The notes: generated by a model from the letters alone, not told the origin. A stretch of DNA of 64,000 bases from an uncultured Bacteroidales bacterium (GCA_964431135.1 CAYSIN010000003.1:3182-67181); one strand, 5' to 3'. Shown: positions 47,098 through 55,970, counted from the stretch's first letter. Program-made: numbers and translations.

Positions 47098-47358
47098 TTA
47101 TTTATTATTAAATGTCATTTTTTGAATTTCAATATCATTCAGTTTGCGAAGTTCTGTTTCAAGATTCTTCATCTCTTTTTTGTCGCCCGTTAATTCTATG
47201 AGAATTAAGCCACTCGTGCTGCATGTATTATCTTCTACTTCGTGAAGACCCAGACGGGTTTTAATAGAACATCCAAACTGTGTTAAGATTTGTTGAACAG
47301 CAGTAGCATTTTTTGACCGTTCCTTTACATAAATACCTAAAATTACTATTTCATTCAT
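47098..47358 (-). CDS. Small ACT/NikR-C-like protein, TM1266-type iron-only hydrogenase system regulator (paralog 1)
   Basis: 86 aa. It is the expected size and sits next to hydG, as for the TM1266 family as I recall it. It is clearly paralogous to the next gene (shared G(I/Y)..K.R...A...Q..L...(G/A)C.I..RLG.HEV...TCS..G.I.L). Confidence 0.6.
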   Translation of the reverse strand: MNEIVILGIYVKERSKNATAVQQILTQFGCSIKTRLGLHEVEDNTCSTSGLILIELTGDKKEMKNLETELRKLNDIEIQKMTFNNK

Positions 47359-47454
47359 AATACACCATGATTTATTGATTTATTATAATTATTATTCTTT
47401 GAACGTTGCAAAATTACAACATTTTTGCTCATAATGAGTGTACATTAAAAAAAG

Positions 47455-47712
47455 TTAAATAGAAAAATTCATTTCTTGAACTTCAATACCTTCAATGCTC
47501 ATCAAATCGTTATGCAGTTCTTTGACTTTTTCTGGATTATCCATTATCTGTAAAATAATAAATCCTACACGGCTGCATGTATATTCGCTTACTTCATGAA
47601 AGCCCAGTCGTGAACGAATGATGCACGCATGTTTACTCAACACTTCCTGTGTTTTTCCCGCTTCTTTGATACGGTCTTTAATGGCTATGCCTATAATCTT
47701 ATAATTATTCAT
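47455..47712 (-). CDS. Small ACT/NikR-C-like protein, TM1266-type iron-only hydrogenase system regulator (paralog 2)
   Basis: 85 aa, 15 nt downstream of hydG. It is a paralog of 47098-47358. Confidence 0.6.
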   Translation of the reverse strand: MNNYKIIGIAIKDRIKEAGKTQEVLSKHACIIRSRLGFHEVSEYTCSRVGFIILQIMDNPEKVKELHNDLMSIEGIEVQEMNFSI

Positions 47713-47727
47713 AATTAAAAATTTATG

Positions 47728-49161
47728 TTAGAAATAAATATCGCGTTCACCTTTTTTAATGCGTTCAATGCGGTTTTTAATTTCCTCCGTATTGGCATGA
47801 CCTTCCAAATTATCCAGTTCCTTTTGAATAGCCTTCCATCCTTTTTCCTGCACATCGGGCGTAGCGTAATCTATTAGATATTCGGTAAGAGTAAGTATTG
47901 CGTTTGGCGTGCAATATCGTTTAATAAATCCGGGAACAGAAAATTCCATAAAATGCTCGCCAGTACGTCCTTTACGATAACAAGCCGTGCAAAACGATGG
48001 TAAATATTCTTCATCAAGCAAATCGCGGATGAGTTCGTTCAAGGAGCGGTCATCGTTTATTTTGAATTGTTCACGATTAAGGTCCTGTTCTCTATTGAGC
48101 AGTTTAACCTTGGCGTATCCTCCCAGTTCTATAACGGTACCACCATCTATCTGACTGATGCCAAAACGCATTACTTCACGGCGAACTCTTGCATTTTCGC
48201 GAGCGGTTAAAATCATTCCTGTATAGGGAACAGCGAGCCGAAGTATAGCGATTAGTTTTATAAAATCATCGTCAGAAACCATATACTTTCCACCAATAGA
48301 AAGTTCAGAAGCATCCTTTATGCGTGGAAAAGAAATAGTATGAGGTCCAACATTATAGCATGCTTCCAGATGATTTGTATGACGAATTAATGCCATTACA
48401 TCAAAACGCCAGTCATACAATCCTAATAAAATACCAATGCCCACGTCGTCAATACCTGCTTCCTGTGCACGGTCAAGTGAAGTCAGACGCCAATCATAAT
48501 CTTTTTTCTTACCACTAACATGATACCATGAATATGCTTCACGGTTGTATGTTTCCTGAAAAATTTGATACGTGCCAATGCCTGCTTGATGAACTTTTCT
48601 AAACCCCTGAATATCCAAGGGTGCAGCGTTAATGTTGACACGGCGTATTTCTCCATGTTCCTTTTTAATATTATAAACCAATTGAACCGTATGGGCAATG
48701 TAGTCTGCTGAATATTCCTTATGTTCACCATAAACAAGGATTAACCTTTTTTGTCCGTTATCTTCCAAGGCTTCTACTTCTTTGGTAATCTCTTCATCGG
48801 TCAATGTTTTGCGAATGGCTTTGGTGTTGGATGATTTAAATCCGCAATAGAGGCAATTATTGGAACATTTATTTCCAATATATAACGGAGCAAACAGAAC
48901 TATGCGATTGCCATACACTTTTTCTTTTAATGTACGTGCACCCTGTTTTATTTCTTCAATTAACTCGGGGTCAGTAGTATTAATAAGTACAGCGGTATCT
49001 TCCAGTGATAGACGTTGCTTATCTAATGACTTGGCAATAACATCGCGAACCTGTTTTTTATCTGGTTTTACATGGTTCAAAAAATGCCAAATCTCTTCTG
49101 CATCGATAAAAGGTTGCATCCTTTTGTCTTCTATAGCATATTTCTCCGGTAAAAATTTCAT
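47728..49161 (-). CDS. hydG: [FeFe]-hydrogenase H-cluster radical SAM maturase HydG
   Basis: 477 aa with the radical SAM motif CSNNCLYCGF and a ThiH/HydG-like body. The C-terminal extension has cysteines (FCTACYRKGRTGEHF). Confidence 0.88.
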   Translation of the reverse strand: MKFLPEKYAIEDKRMQPFIDAEEIWHFLNHVKPDKKQVRDVIAKSLDKQRLSLEDTAVLINTTDPELIEEIKQGARTLKEKVYGNRIVLFAPLYIGNKCSNNCLYCGFKSSNTKAIRKTLTDEEITKEVEALEDNGQKRLILVYGEHKEYSADYIAHTVQLVYNIKKEHGEIRRVNINAAPLDIQGFRKVHQAGIGTYQIFQETYNREAYSWYHVSGKKKDYDWRLTSLDRAQEAGIDDVGIGILLGLYDWRFDVMALIRHTNHLEACYNVGPHTISFPRIKDASELSIGGKYMVSDDDFIKLIAILRLAVPYTGMILTARENARVRREVMRFGISQIDGGTVIELGGYAKVKLLNREQDLNREQFKINDDRSLNELIRDLLDEEYLPSFCTACYRKGRTGEHFMEFSVPGFIKRYCTPNAILTLTEYLIDYATPDVQEKGWKAIQKELDNLEGHANTEEIKNRIERIKKGERDIYF

Positions 49162-49283
49162 ATAACGTTTATTTAAAAATAAATATCAATTATTCGGTAC
49201 AATATTACTTAAATAAAAATGAATAAAAAATGATTTTTGTTAGTTTTTTCATAGTTATGGAACAAAATTTTAAACAAATCATT

Positions 49284-49299
49284 TCGTCATACCTGACGA
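49284..49299 (+). repeat. Module R5-type hairpin TCGTCA-tacc-TGACGA followed by GACGCC
   Basis: 6-bp stem. The word TGACGAGACG is shared with 53235-53244. Confidence 0.6.
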
Positions 49300-49339
49300 G
49301 ACGCCAGCGAGGATTTGTGTGTAGAACATCCCTCTTTAT

Positions 49340-49363
49340 CCACCTTTGAAGGGGGAAGGGAGA
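49340..49363 (+). repeat. Module R4 copy (CCACCTTTGAAGGGGGAAGGGAGA)
   Basis: Matches 3494-3517 at 21/24 positions (hand count), in the same orientation. Confidence 0.8.
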
Positions 49364-49374
49364 TTTTACATTTT

Positions 49375-49413
49375 CTTTTGCGTTCTTTGCGTAATATCTT
49401 TGCGTTCTTGGCG
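49375..49413 (+). repeat. Direct repeat CTTT(T)GCGTTCTT(T/G)GCG x2
   Basis: Copies at 49375-49391 and 49398-49413 are separated by TAATAT. The second copy runs into the GCGGTTA head of module R3. Confidence 0.7.
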
Positions 49414-49447
49414 GTTATAAAAATATCAGAATTCAAATTTAATATTT
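49411..49447 (+). repeat. Module R3 copy
   Basis: Matches 3408-3444 at 32/37 positions (hand count). Confidence 0.8.
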
Positions 49448-49521
49448 AAAAAATAGCACACGTATGTAGCGGATTAAAACGGATAAATAAATATTTACAA
49501 ACCTACTTAATCATTCTCACA

Positions 49522-49560
49522 ACTTGTCTCGGCATCCCGTCAGAATGACGGGATGACAAG
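49522..49560 (+). repeat. Module R5 hairpin CATCCCGTC-agaat-GACGGGATG with outer CTTGT/ACAAG extension
   Basis: Perfect 9-bp stem (49533-49541 / 49547-49555). GGCATCCCGTC is the exact reverse complement of GACGGGATGCC at 53241-53251. Confidence 0.8.
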
Positions 49561-49598
49561 ATTTTCATATTTTCACATTCTCACATTTTCACATTCTC
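49561..49598 (-). repeat. Module R6: tandem GAGAATGTGAAAAT-type repeats immediately after the stop codon of the DUF3108 gene
   Basis: The minus strand reads GAGAATGTGAAAATGTGAGAATGTGAAAATATGAAAAT, starting right after the stop at 49599-49601. Confidence 0.8.
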
Positions 49599-50375
49599 TT
49601 ATTTGTAATTTTTTAGATAAACTTTTACTGTTCCAACAAGTATTTTAGCCTCTATATAAATAGGTATATGATTCAATGTTTGTGTTACCCATATATCGGT
49701 TTGTTCGCCGGCATGAAAAATAGTACCTTCGAGCATGGCGGCTTTGAGATGATAACAAGGAATTTTTCTTTTGTTTGAAATAAAATCTTCTTTTCCAATC
49801 ATCCTAATGTAAAGTGATTCGCATACGTTATCAATTACAACTTTAAGAGGAATACGCTGGTTAGGTTTAATATTTTCAAAATCAAGATTTCTGAATGCAT
49901 AGATGGCGGTTAATAAATCGTACGTACAATCGGGCAATAAAATTGTATCCAGCGTAAGAGGCTTTTTTGAATTTTGAACCATTGTAAATAGTTTTTTTTG
50001 TGTATAGTCAAACTTATATTGTTCAATGGAGAAATAACTACCCTCTACAGAATTTCGTGAATATGAAATTGGCTTTAATGGTGCATATTCGGCATACGAT
50101 ACATACGATTCTCTAACCTTATATATCCAGTCGTATTTATCGTAAGAACCACCTTTACTAATGAACTTATAAGCAGGTTTTCCGTTTAAGGAAGTGCTGT
50201 CGGTTTCAAAAGAAACAAAACCAGCATCAAACCAAATAATTCCCCAACTGTATTTAACATCGTACTCTATTTTTTCACCGTTTTTAAATGCCGTATTGTT
50301 AAAGAAGCATTGAGAAATTCCATGAATAGCAATAAGAAGAAAAAAAAGAACCGATAATAGTTTACTAAACTTCAT
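49599..50375 (-). CDS. DUF3108-like secreted protein
   Basis: 258 aa with a signal peptide. The GEKIEYDVKYSWGIIWFDAGFVSFE pattern is typical of DUF3108 as I recall it. Confidence 0.6.
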   Translation of the reverse strand: MKFSKLLSVLFFLLIAIHGISQCFFNNTAFKNGEKIEYDVKYSWGIIWFDAGFVSFETDSTSLNGKPAYKFISKGGSYDKYDWIYKVRESYVSYAEYAPLKPISYSRNSVEGSYFSIEQYKFDYTQKKLFTMVQNSKKPLTLDTILLPDCTYDLLTAIYAFRNLDFENIKPNQRIPLKVVIDNVCESLYIRMIGKEDFISNKRKIPCYHLKAAMLEGTIFHAGEQTDIWVTQTLNHIPIYIEAKILVGTVKVYLKNYK

Positions 50376-50686
50376 CAGTGATTTGTTTTACCTATTTTCT
50401 TTTCAATAGAAGCAATTTTGCCTTCCAAACGCTGAGTAGTATTTTTACGAATGTCAAATTTTACTGATGAATAAATTCGATTACTGACAGGTTCTAAGGT
50501 GTCATACGCCTTTTGAATAATCTGTAACGCCTTTTCAACAGTATCTGTTTCTATAATAGTCCCCATAGCCGTAAGTTTGTAGTTACATCCACTTTGACGA
50601 ATAGCGTCAATGACCTTACTTACATAAGCGCTGACGCTTTCACCCTTATCGGTAGGGAACATGGCAAATTCCATTAATACAGACAT
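50375..50686 (-). CDS. MTH1187/YkoF-family (DUF77) thiamine-binding-like protein
   Basis: 103 aa with N-terminus VLMEFAMFPTDKGESVSAYVSKVIDAIRQSG. Confidence 0.75.
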   Translation of the reverse strand: MSVLMEFAMFPTDKGESVSAYVSKVIDAIRQSGCNYKLTAMGTIIETDTVEKALQIIQKAYDTLEPVSNRIYSSVKFDIRKNTTQRLEGKIASIEKKIGKTNH

Positions 50687-50692
50687 AAAAAA

Positions 50693-51010
50693 TTACAGTA
50701 ATGCGTTTATTTTTTCATTAAATTTTGCTTTTTGAACGGCACCAACCTGCTTATCAACGACTGTTCCATTTTTAATAAACAATACCGTTGGAATATTGCG
50801 TATTCCAAACTTGGTTGACAATTCTATTTGCTGGTCCACATCTATCTTTCCAAAAACAACTTTACCTTCATACTCTTCATCTAATTGATGAATAATAGGT
50901 GTTATCATGCGGCATGGTCCACACCATTCAGCCCAAAAATCAATGACAACTAATTGGTTGCTTTTATTTACCACTTCATCAAAATTGCTTGTATTAAGTT
51001 CTATCACCAT
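50693..51010 (-). CDS. trxA: Thioredoxin
   Basis: 105 aa with DFWAEWCGPCR. Confidence 0.92.
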   Translation of the reverse strand: MVIELNTSNFDEVVNKSNQLVVIDFWAEWCGPCRMITPIIHQLDEEYEGKVVFGKIDVDQQIELSTKFGIRNIPTVLFIKNGTVVDKQVGAVQKAKFNEKINALL

Positions 51011-51193
51011 AATAATTTTATTTATTTTGAAACAAAAATACAGGAAATATTACATTTAAACAAGGATAATTATTTTTTTTTGAACAAGTCGGTATTAGAT
51101 ATTAACCACAAAATAATTCTATATGTTCTTTGTATATAACACTTTGTGGACTTTGTGTTAAAAAATATAATAAGAAATTAGACATAGAATACA

Positions 51194-51268
51194 TTAACCG
51201 CTACCTCGTCCTCGTTTGCAACAAGGATGCACATTTTTATTCTTTTTTTAGCGGTATGGTGGTATAAA
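51194..51268 (-). repeat. Module R1+R2 copy in inverted orientation
   Basis: The reverse complement reads TATACCACCATACCGCTAAAAAAAGAATAAAAATGTGCATCCTTGTTGCAAACGAGGACGAGGTAGCGGTTAA. It is closed by ACCGCTA/TAGCGGT. The core matches 3352-3382 at 28/31 positions. Confidence 0.8.
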
Positions 51269-51295
51269 CGTGAAGATAATTCTATTCAATTTTAT

Positions 51296-51311
51296 TGTGA
51301 AAAATTAATTT
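51296..51311 (+). repeat. Module R6-related word TGTGAAAAATTAATTT
   Basis: Compare TGTGAAAATTAATTT at 39154-39168 (one extra A here). Confidence 0.6.
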
Positions 51312-51325
51312 CTACATTATACCTT

Positions 51326-51355
51326 TTTGAATTAAAAAAAAATTATATAAATTTG
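51326..51355 (+). promoter_or_regulatory. Candidate Bacteroidota-type promoter (TTTG-N18-TAAATTTG) for the PKD lipoprotein gene
   Basis: TTTG at 51326-51329 and TAAATTTG at 51348-51355, 30 nt upstream of the ATG at 51386. Confidence 0.35.
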
Positions 51356-51385
51356 TCTGTTCATTTATAATTAAAATTTTGAACC

Positions 51386-52402
51386 ATGAAAACGAAAAAA
51401 AAGTTAAGAAGAATAATCTTACTGCCTTGTATAATTTTATTAATGTTAATTCTTATTCGTTGTGAAAAAGACCCCGTTAGAGGTTGGACTTTTTATAAAG
51501 CAACGCCACCACCTCCCGAAATTACTAAACTTACTTCGGTTATAACGAATTGTGTACCACCCTATCCGGTTACGTTTTATCAAGAAACCAATAATATTCT
51601 TGGAACCATGGTATATACATGGAACTTTGGTGATGGTTCCATTTCGCATGACCAAAATCCGACACATATTTATACGGCGTTAGGAACTTATATAATAACC
51701 TTGAAAGTATCGAACGAAATTGGTACTGATACGGCTTCACTGAGCATGCCGGAATTAAATTTACCTTCAATACCTGTATCGGCCGGTTTTTCATACCAAC
51801 ACTATAATAATAACAATTTTGCTCCCAATAAGATTTATTTTACGAATACATCATCCGGAGCAAATCAATTTTACTGGTATTTTGGTGATGGTGGTGAAGA
51901 TAATGACGATGCTCCTTTCCATGTCTATCAAAGTGCAGGTACTTATACAGTAAGACTTAGAGGTACTTGCAGTGATGGCAGTTATAATGAAACAACACAA
52001 CAGGTATTTATAAATCCACAACCAGTCAGGGTATTTATTGATTCTATCAATGTTATGCTCCCAAGTTCTTATAAAAATGCAAGTATTTATATTGAATTGT
52101 ATCACAATGCCCTTTATGTAGGTCATACCATCGTTAAAAACCCAAGCAGTTTTCCTGTTAAATTCAGAACCTCCGATTTTATTGACCATTATTTTTTTGA
52201 TGCGGTACAATTTACAAGCAATGAAGTATTCAAATTTATGATTCTTAGAAATAATGGAACAGTTGACCCTCCGACACTTTTGTATGAATTGGATTTGTCT
52301 TCAGTTGATATACAGAACCAGTTTTATCCTCGTGTTTATTATAATGTGGAGCATATTCCTCATATAGATGATGTTTTTCTTGATTTATATCTAAATTATT
52401 GA
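51386..52402 (+). CDS. PKD-domain lipoprotein
   Basis: 338 aa with a signal peptide ending ..LILIRC (candidate lipobox). Two PKD units are present: WNFGDGSISHDQNPTHIYTALGTYIITLKVSN and WYFGDGGEDNDDAPFHVYQSAGTYTVRLRG. Confidence 0.7.
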   Translation: MKTKKKLRRIILLPCIILLMLILIRCEKDPVRGWTFYKATPPPPEITKLTSVITNCVPPYPVTFYQETNNILGTMVYTWNFGDGSISHDQNPTHIYTALGTYIITLKVSNEIGTDTASLSMPELNLPSIPVSAGFSYQHYNNNNFAPNKIYFTNTSSGANQFYWYFGDGGEDNDDAPFHVYQSAGTYTVRLRGTCSDGSYNETTQQVFINPQPVRVFIDSINVMLPSSYKNASIYIELYHNALYVGHTIVKNPSSFPVKFRTSDFIDHYFFDAVQFTSNEVFKFMILRNNGTVDPPTLLYELDLSSVDIQNQFYPRVYYNVEHIPHIDDVFLDLYLNY

Positions 52403-52407
52403 TGATT

Positions 52408-53145
52408 ATGAAAAAGATTGTTTTTTTTATTTTGTTGTGCCTGATATTTAATTTTTCAAACGCACAATTTAATATTCATTATAACGACAAATGTGGTCAG
52501 TTACAACTTTCTGGCGGAACGTTAAACCCATCTGATGAATTAAAAGATACATCATCTGTTGGCTTATATGCTAAAAAAGGATTCCAAATGGGTTTTGATT
52601 TTAATTACATCATTGCTTATGGATTTGGCATTGGTGGCAATTTTGAAATAGACCAATTGAAATTTAATTCAACTGCTTTTCAAACAAATTCAAATGCTAA
52701 ACAAATAAAAGTAAAAGGCGGTTATTCTTCTTCTAAATTTGGTTTAAATATCTTTGAAAATATTCCCATCGTACTGGATGAAAATCATTTTACTATTATG
52801 CTGTTTGGAGAATTTAATGCAGGACTTCGAGGTTTTAATATTCCATCCATAGATTTAAAATATGATGAATTACTGAATAAGTATGTAGAAGTTTCCTATA
52901 GAAGTCGCAGCAATACCATGGGCTATATAGGATACAGTGCGGGTATTCAATTGCTGTTTATTGAAAGAATTGGTGTCAATGTTTCTTATAATACTATCAT
53001 TCCCAGTCGTCATACTATTAAATATTCTGTCAGAAAAACAGATGCTTTTGGAAATGTAGAAGAAGAAGAAAATTACTTAAACAATTATCTTGACCATAGT
53101 GGTTTTCAATTTGGTGTTTTTTACATATTTGGAAAACATAAATAG
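52408..53145 (+). CDS. Putative outer-membrane beta-barrel protein
   Basis: 245 aa from ATG 52408 (MKKIVFFILLCLIFNFSNAQ). The track start at 52399 is TTG. It has an alternating-strand pattern and aromatic residues near the C-terminus (FQFGVFYIFGKHK). It lies close to the PKD lipoprotein gene, whose stop is at 52402. Confidence 0.5.
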   Translation: MKKIVFFILLCLIFNFSNAQFNIHYNDKCGQLQLSGGTLNPSDELKDTSSVGLYAKKGFQMGFDFNYIIAYGFGIGGNFEIDQLKFNSTAFQTNSNAKQIKVKGGYSSSKFGLNIFENIPIVLDENHFTIMLFGEFNAGLRGFNIPSIDLKYDELLNKYVEVSYRSRSNTMGYIGYSAGIQLLFIERIGVNVSYNTIIPSRHTIKYSVRKTDAFGNVEEEENYLNNYLDHSGFQFGVFYIFGKHK

Positions 53146-53169
53146 TTACTGGTGTAATCTGCACTATTT

Positions 53170-53206
53170 ATACCAAACTGTTAACAAAAGAATGAAATGA
53201 ATTTTG
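53170..53206 (+). repeat. Module R1 copy (ATACCAAACTGTTAACAAAAGAATGAAATGAATTTTG)
   Basis: Matches 3559-3595 at 32/37 positions (hand count). Confidence 0.8.
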
Positions 53207-53251
53207 TCCCGTCAAACTCTAATCTCGTCAATAATGACGAGACGGGATGCC
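53207..53251 (+). repeat. Module R5 hairpin TCTCGTCA-ataa-TGACGAGA with an alternative CCCGTC/GACGGG pairing
   Basis: 8-bp stem (53223-53230 / 53235-53242). GACGGGATGCC (53241-53251) is the reverse complement of 49531-49541. Confidence 0.75.
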
Positions 53252-53438
53252 AACAAACTAACCGTTTTAAAACAAAAGCAAAGCGTATTGTTTTAATGAA
53301 CTTGTTAGCAAGTCGGTATAAGTACTTTAGTCACTTTATAAACTTATTAGGTTAGTATTTAAAAATATCATATAAATTTGCACCTAAAATAATTACTAAA
53401 TTATATTATTCATAATCTACGTTTAACTGCTTATTGGA

Positions 53439-55895
53439 ATGAAATACACCTTATCTTTTTTGGCAACCATAACAAAGGGAACTGTGCATGGCAATGCTGA
53501 AACCGTTATTTCACATATCATCACCGACAGCCGATACGTAGCTTTTGCTTCCAACAGTGTTTTTGTAGCCATTCGCGGACAACAATACGATGGACACGCA
53601 TTCATTCCTGATTTGATAGATGCAGGAGTACGTGCATTTTTAGTTGATGAAGTGCCCTCGAATGTTGATGCTGATGTTTGTTTTCTTTGTGTAAAATCAA
53701 CCATTAAAGCCTTGCAACAAATAGCCGCTTATCATCGCAGTACATTTACGTTTCCGGTAATTGGTATTACGGGCAGTTACGGAAAAAGTATCATCAAGGA
53801 ATGGCTGTTTGATGTATTAACTCCGTATTTTAATATAGTAAGAAGTCCAAAAAGTTATAATAGCCAGATAGGTGTACCATTGTCTGTGCTCCAAATGGAC
53901 CAACAGTATCAGTTAGCCCTGTTTGAAGCAGGCATATCGCAACCCGCCGAAATGCAACGACTCGAAACTATCATTAAACCAACCATAGGAATATTTACCA
54001 ACATTGGTAATGCACATCAGGAAAATTTTACCAGCATAGAGCAAAAAATAGAAGAAAAACTGGAATTGTTCCGTCAGTCGGAAATAGTTATTGTACCATC
54101 TTCCTACTCGTTAATTATAAAAAAATTTCATCAAAAATATCCTGATAAAAAATTATGGACATGGGGAAAAGAAGAATCTGACCAGTTGAAAATTATTCGC
54201 AGTAAATCCAATGCCGATAACACCCAGATTACTTTTTCCTATTTATCAAAAAAAGATGAATTAATACTACCGTTTACTCACGAAGCCTATATTGAAAATG
54301 CGATGACAGTAGTGTTAACGGCATTGTACATGGGAATAGACATGCCGTATATTAAAAAAAATATACAAAAAGTACGTCCAATAGAAATGCGGTTGGAATT
54401 GGTAGAAGCCGTAAATGACTGTACGCTCATTAACGATTATTATAATTCTGACCTTACTTCGGTTTCGGTGGCATTGCAATTTTTGCAGCAACAAAACAAT
54501 CATCCTAACAAAGCCATTATTCTTTCAGATATACCCCATACAGGATACTCGGCAAATGAAGTTTATAAAACAGTGGCTCAATGGATAAAAAACGATAACA
54601 TTTATTTATTTATAGGTATAGGGAAAGAATTGGTTCAGTATAAAGAATATTTTCCATCGAACGCCTATTATTTTAAGGATGTAGATGCGTTAATGAATGA
54701 GTTGTCCCATATTTCATTCAAGCAAACAACCTTATTACTGAAAGGTGCCAGAGCCTTTAAATTTGAAAAAATAAGCAACAAAATTCAGATGCAGTCACAC
54801 GAAACGATTTTAAATATAGACCTGAATGCATTGCTGCACAACTATTCTGCCTATAAAGCCCACTTGCCTTCTGATACAAAAATTATGGCAATGGTTAAAG
54901 CGTTTTCGTATGGTAGTGGTATTACCGAAGTTGCCAAATTGCTGCAACATCATCATGTAGATTATCTGGCAGTTGCATTTGCCGACGAAGGATACGAATT
55001 GCGTTCTAACGGAATTCATGTTCCCATTATGGTTATGAGCCCCGAAATGGGTATCTTTGATTCGATGCTTGAATATCATCTTGAACCCGTTATTTATAAT
55101 TTTCGCACCCTGCGCATGTATGCACAAACTGCTCATAGAGCAGGCTATGCTTCAGCACCATGCCATATTAAACTGGACACGGGTATGCACCGACTTGGCT
55201 TTATGCCTGACGATTTTGATAACCTGATTTTGGAATTGCAAAAATTTCCATGGCTTACTGTTTCATCCGTTTTTTCTCATCTTGCTGCTTCCGAAGATGA
55301 ACAGGAAGACGAATTTACACTTTCTCAGATTGAAAAATTAAAAACATTTACCGACAAACTCAAACAGAAAATTTCGTATCCCTTTTTAATTCATGCGTTA
55401 AACTCTGGTGGCATTGAGCGTTTTCCACAATACGCTTTCGATATGGTACGATTGGGTATTGGTTTGTACGGTATAAGCAATGGCAGTATTTTAAAAGATA
55501 AAATGCAAAATGTACTGTCGCTTAAAACAACGGTTTCGCAGATAAAATGGATAGATAAAGGTGAAACCATTGGTTACAACCGTCGTGGCAAATTGCCTTA
55601 TAAGGCGAAGATAGCCATTCTTCCCATTGGATATGCCGATGGTATAGACAGAAAACTTGGCAATGGTGCATTTTCATTTATAATAAATGGTAAAAAAGCA
55701 CCTACTGTTGGCAATATTTGTATGGATATGTGCATGGTTGAGGTTACCAGTTTGGATGTTCAGGAAGGCGATGAAGTTGTGGTGTTTGATTCGATAAACG
55801 AGATTTTAAATATAGCACAAATTCTTCAAACTATTCCTTATGAAATTTTTACTGGCATTTCGCGAAGAGTTAAACGTATTTATTATCATGATTGA
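53439..55895 (+). CDS. murF: Bifunctional UDP-N-acetylmuramoyl-tripeptide--D-alanyl-D-alanine ligase (MurF) / alanine racemase (Alr) fusion
   Basis: 818 aa. The N-terminal Mur ligase part has ITGSYGKS (P-loop) and NIGNAHQENF. The C-terminal about 370 aa has the alanine racemase pattern (AMVKAFSYGSG with the PLP lysine, HIKLDTGMHRLG, SHLAASE, GYADG, ICMDMCMV). Confidence 0.9.
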   Translation: MKYTLSFLATITKGTVHGNAETVISHIITDSRYVAFASNSVFVAIRGQQYDGHAFIPDLIDAGVRAFLVDEVPSNVDADVCFLCVKSTIKALQQIAAYHRSTFTFPVIGITGSYGKSIIKEWLFDVLTPYFNIVRSPKSYNSQIGVPLSVLQMDQQYQLALFEAGISQPAEMQRLETIIKPTIGIFTNIGNAHQENFTSIEQKIEEKLELFRQSEIVIVPSSYSLIIKKFHQKYPDKKLWTWGKEESDQLKIIRSKSNADNTQITFSYLSKKDELILPFTHEAYIENAMTVVLTALYMGIDMPYIKKNIQKVRPIEMRLELVEAVNDCTLINDYYNSDLTSVSVALQFLQQQNNHPNKAIILSDIPHTGYSANEVYKTVAQWIKNDNIYLFIGIGKELVQYKEYFPSNAYYFKDVDALMNELSHISFKQTTLLLKGARAFKFEKISNKIQMQSHETILNIDLNALLHNYSAYKAHLPSDTKIMAMVKAFSYGSGITEVAKLLQHHHVDYLAVAFADEGYELRSNGIHVPIMVMSPEMGIFDSMLEYHLEPVIYNFRTLRMYAQTAHRAGYASAPCHIKLDTGMHRLGFMPDDFDNLILELQKFPWLTVSSVFSHLAASEDEQEDEFTLSQIEKLKTFTDKLKQKISYPFLIHALNSGGIERFPQYAFDMVRLGIGLYGISNGSILKDKMQNVLSLKTTVSQIKWIDKGETIGYNRRGKLPYKAKIAILPIGYADGIDRKLGNGAFSFIINGKKAPTVGNICMDMCMVEVTSLDVQEGDEVVVFDSINEILNIAQILQTIPYEIFTGISRRVKRIYYHD

Positions 55896-55970
55896 TAAAT
55901 TTTAAAGTGACTATTTTATTGTACAATTTGAATAATGCAGATTAAATTTTTTTTATTCCGCAGGAACATG

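Noticed and set aside
49561-49598. Tandem TTTTCACATTC-type repeats as a possible CRISPR array
   Set aside because: The units are only about 11-14 nt, directly adjacent with no spacers. There are only about three copies and no cas genes in the window.
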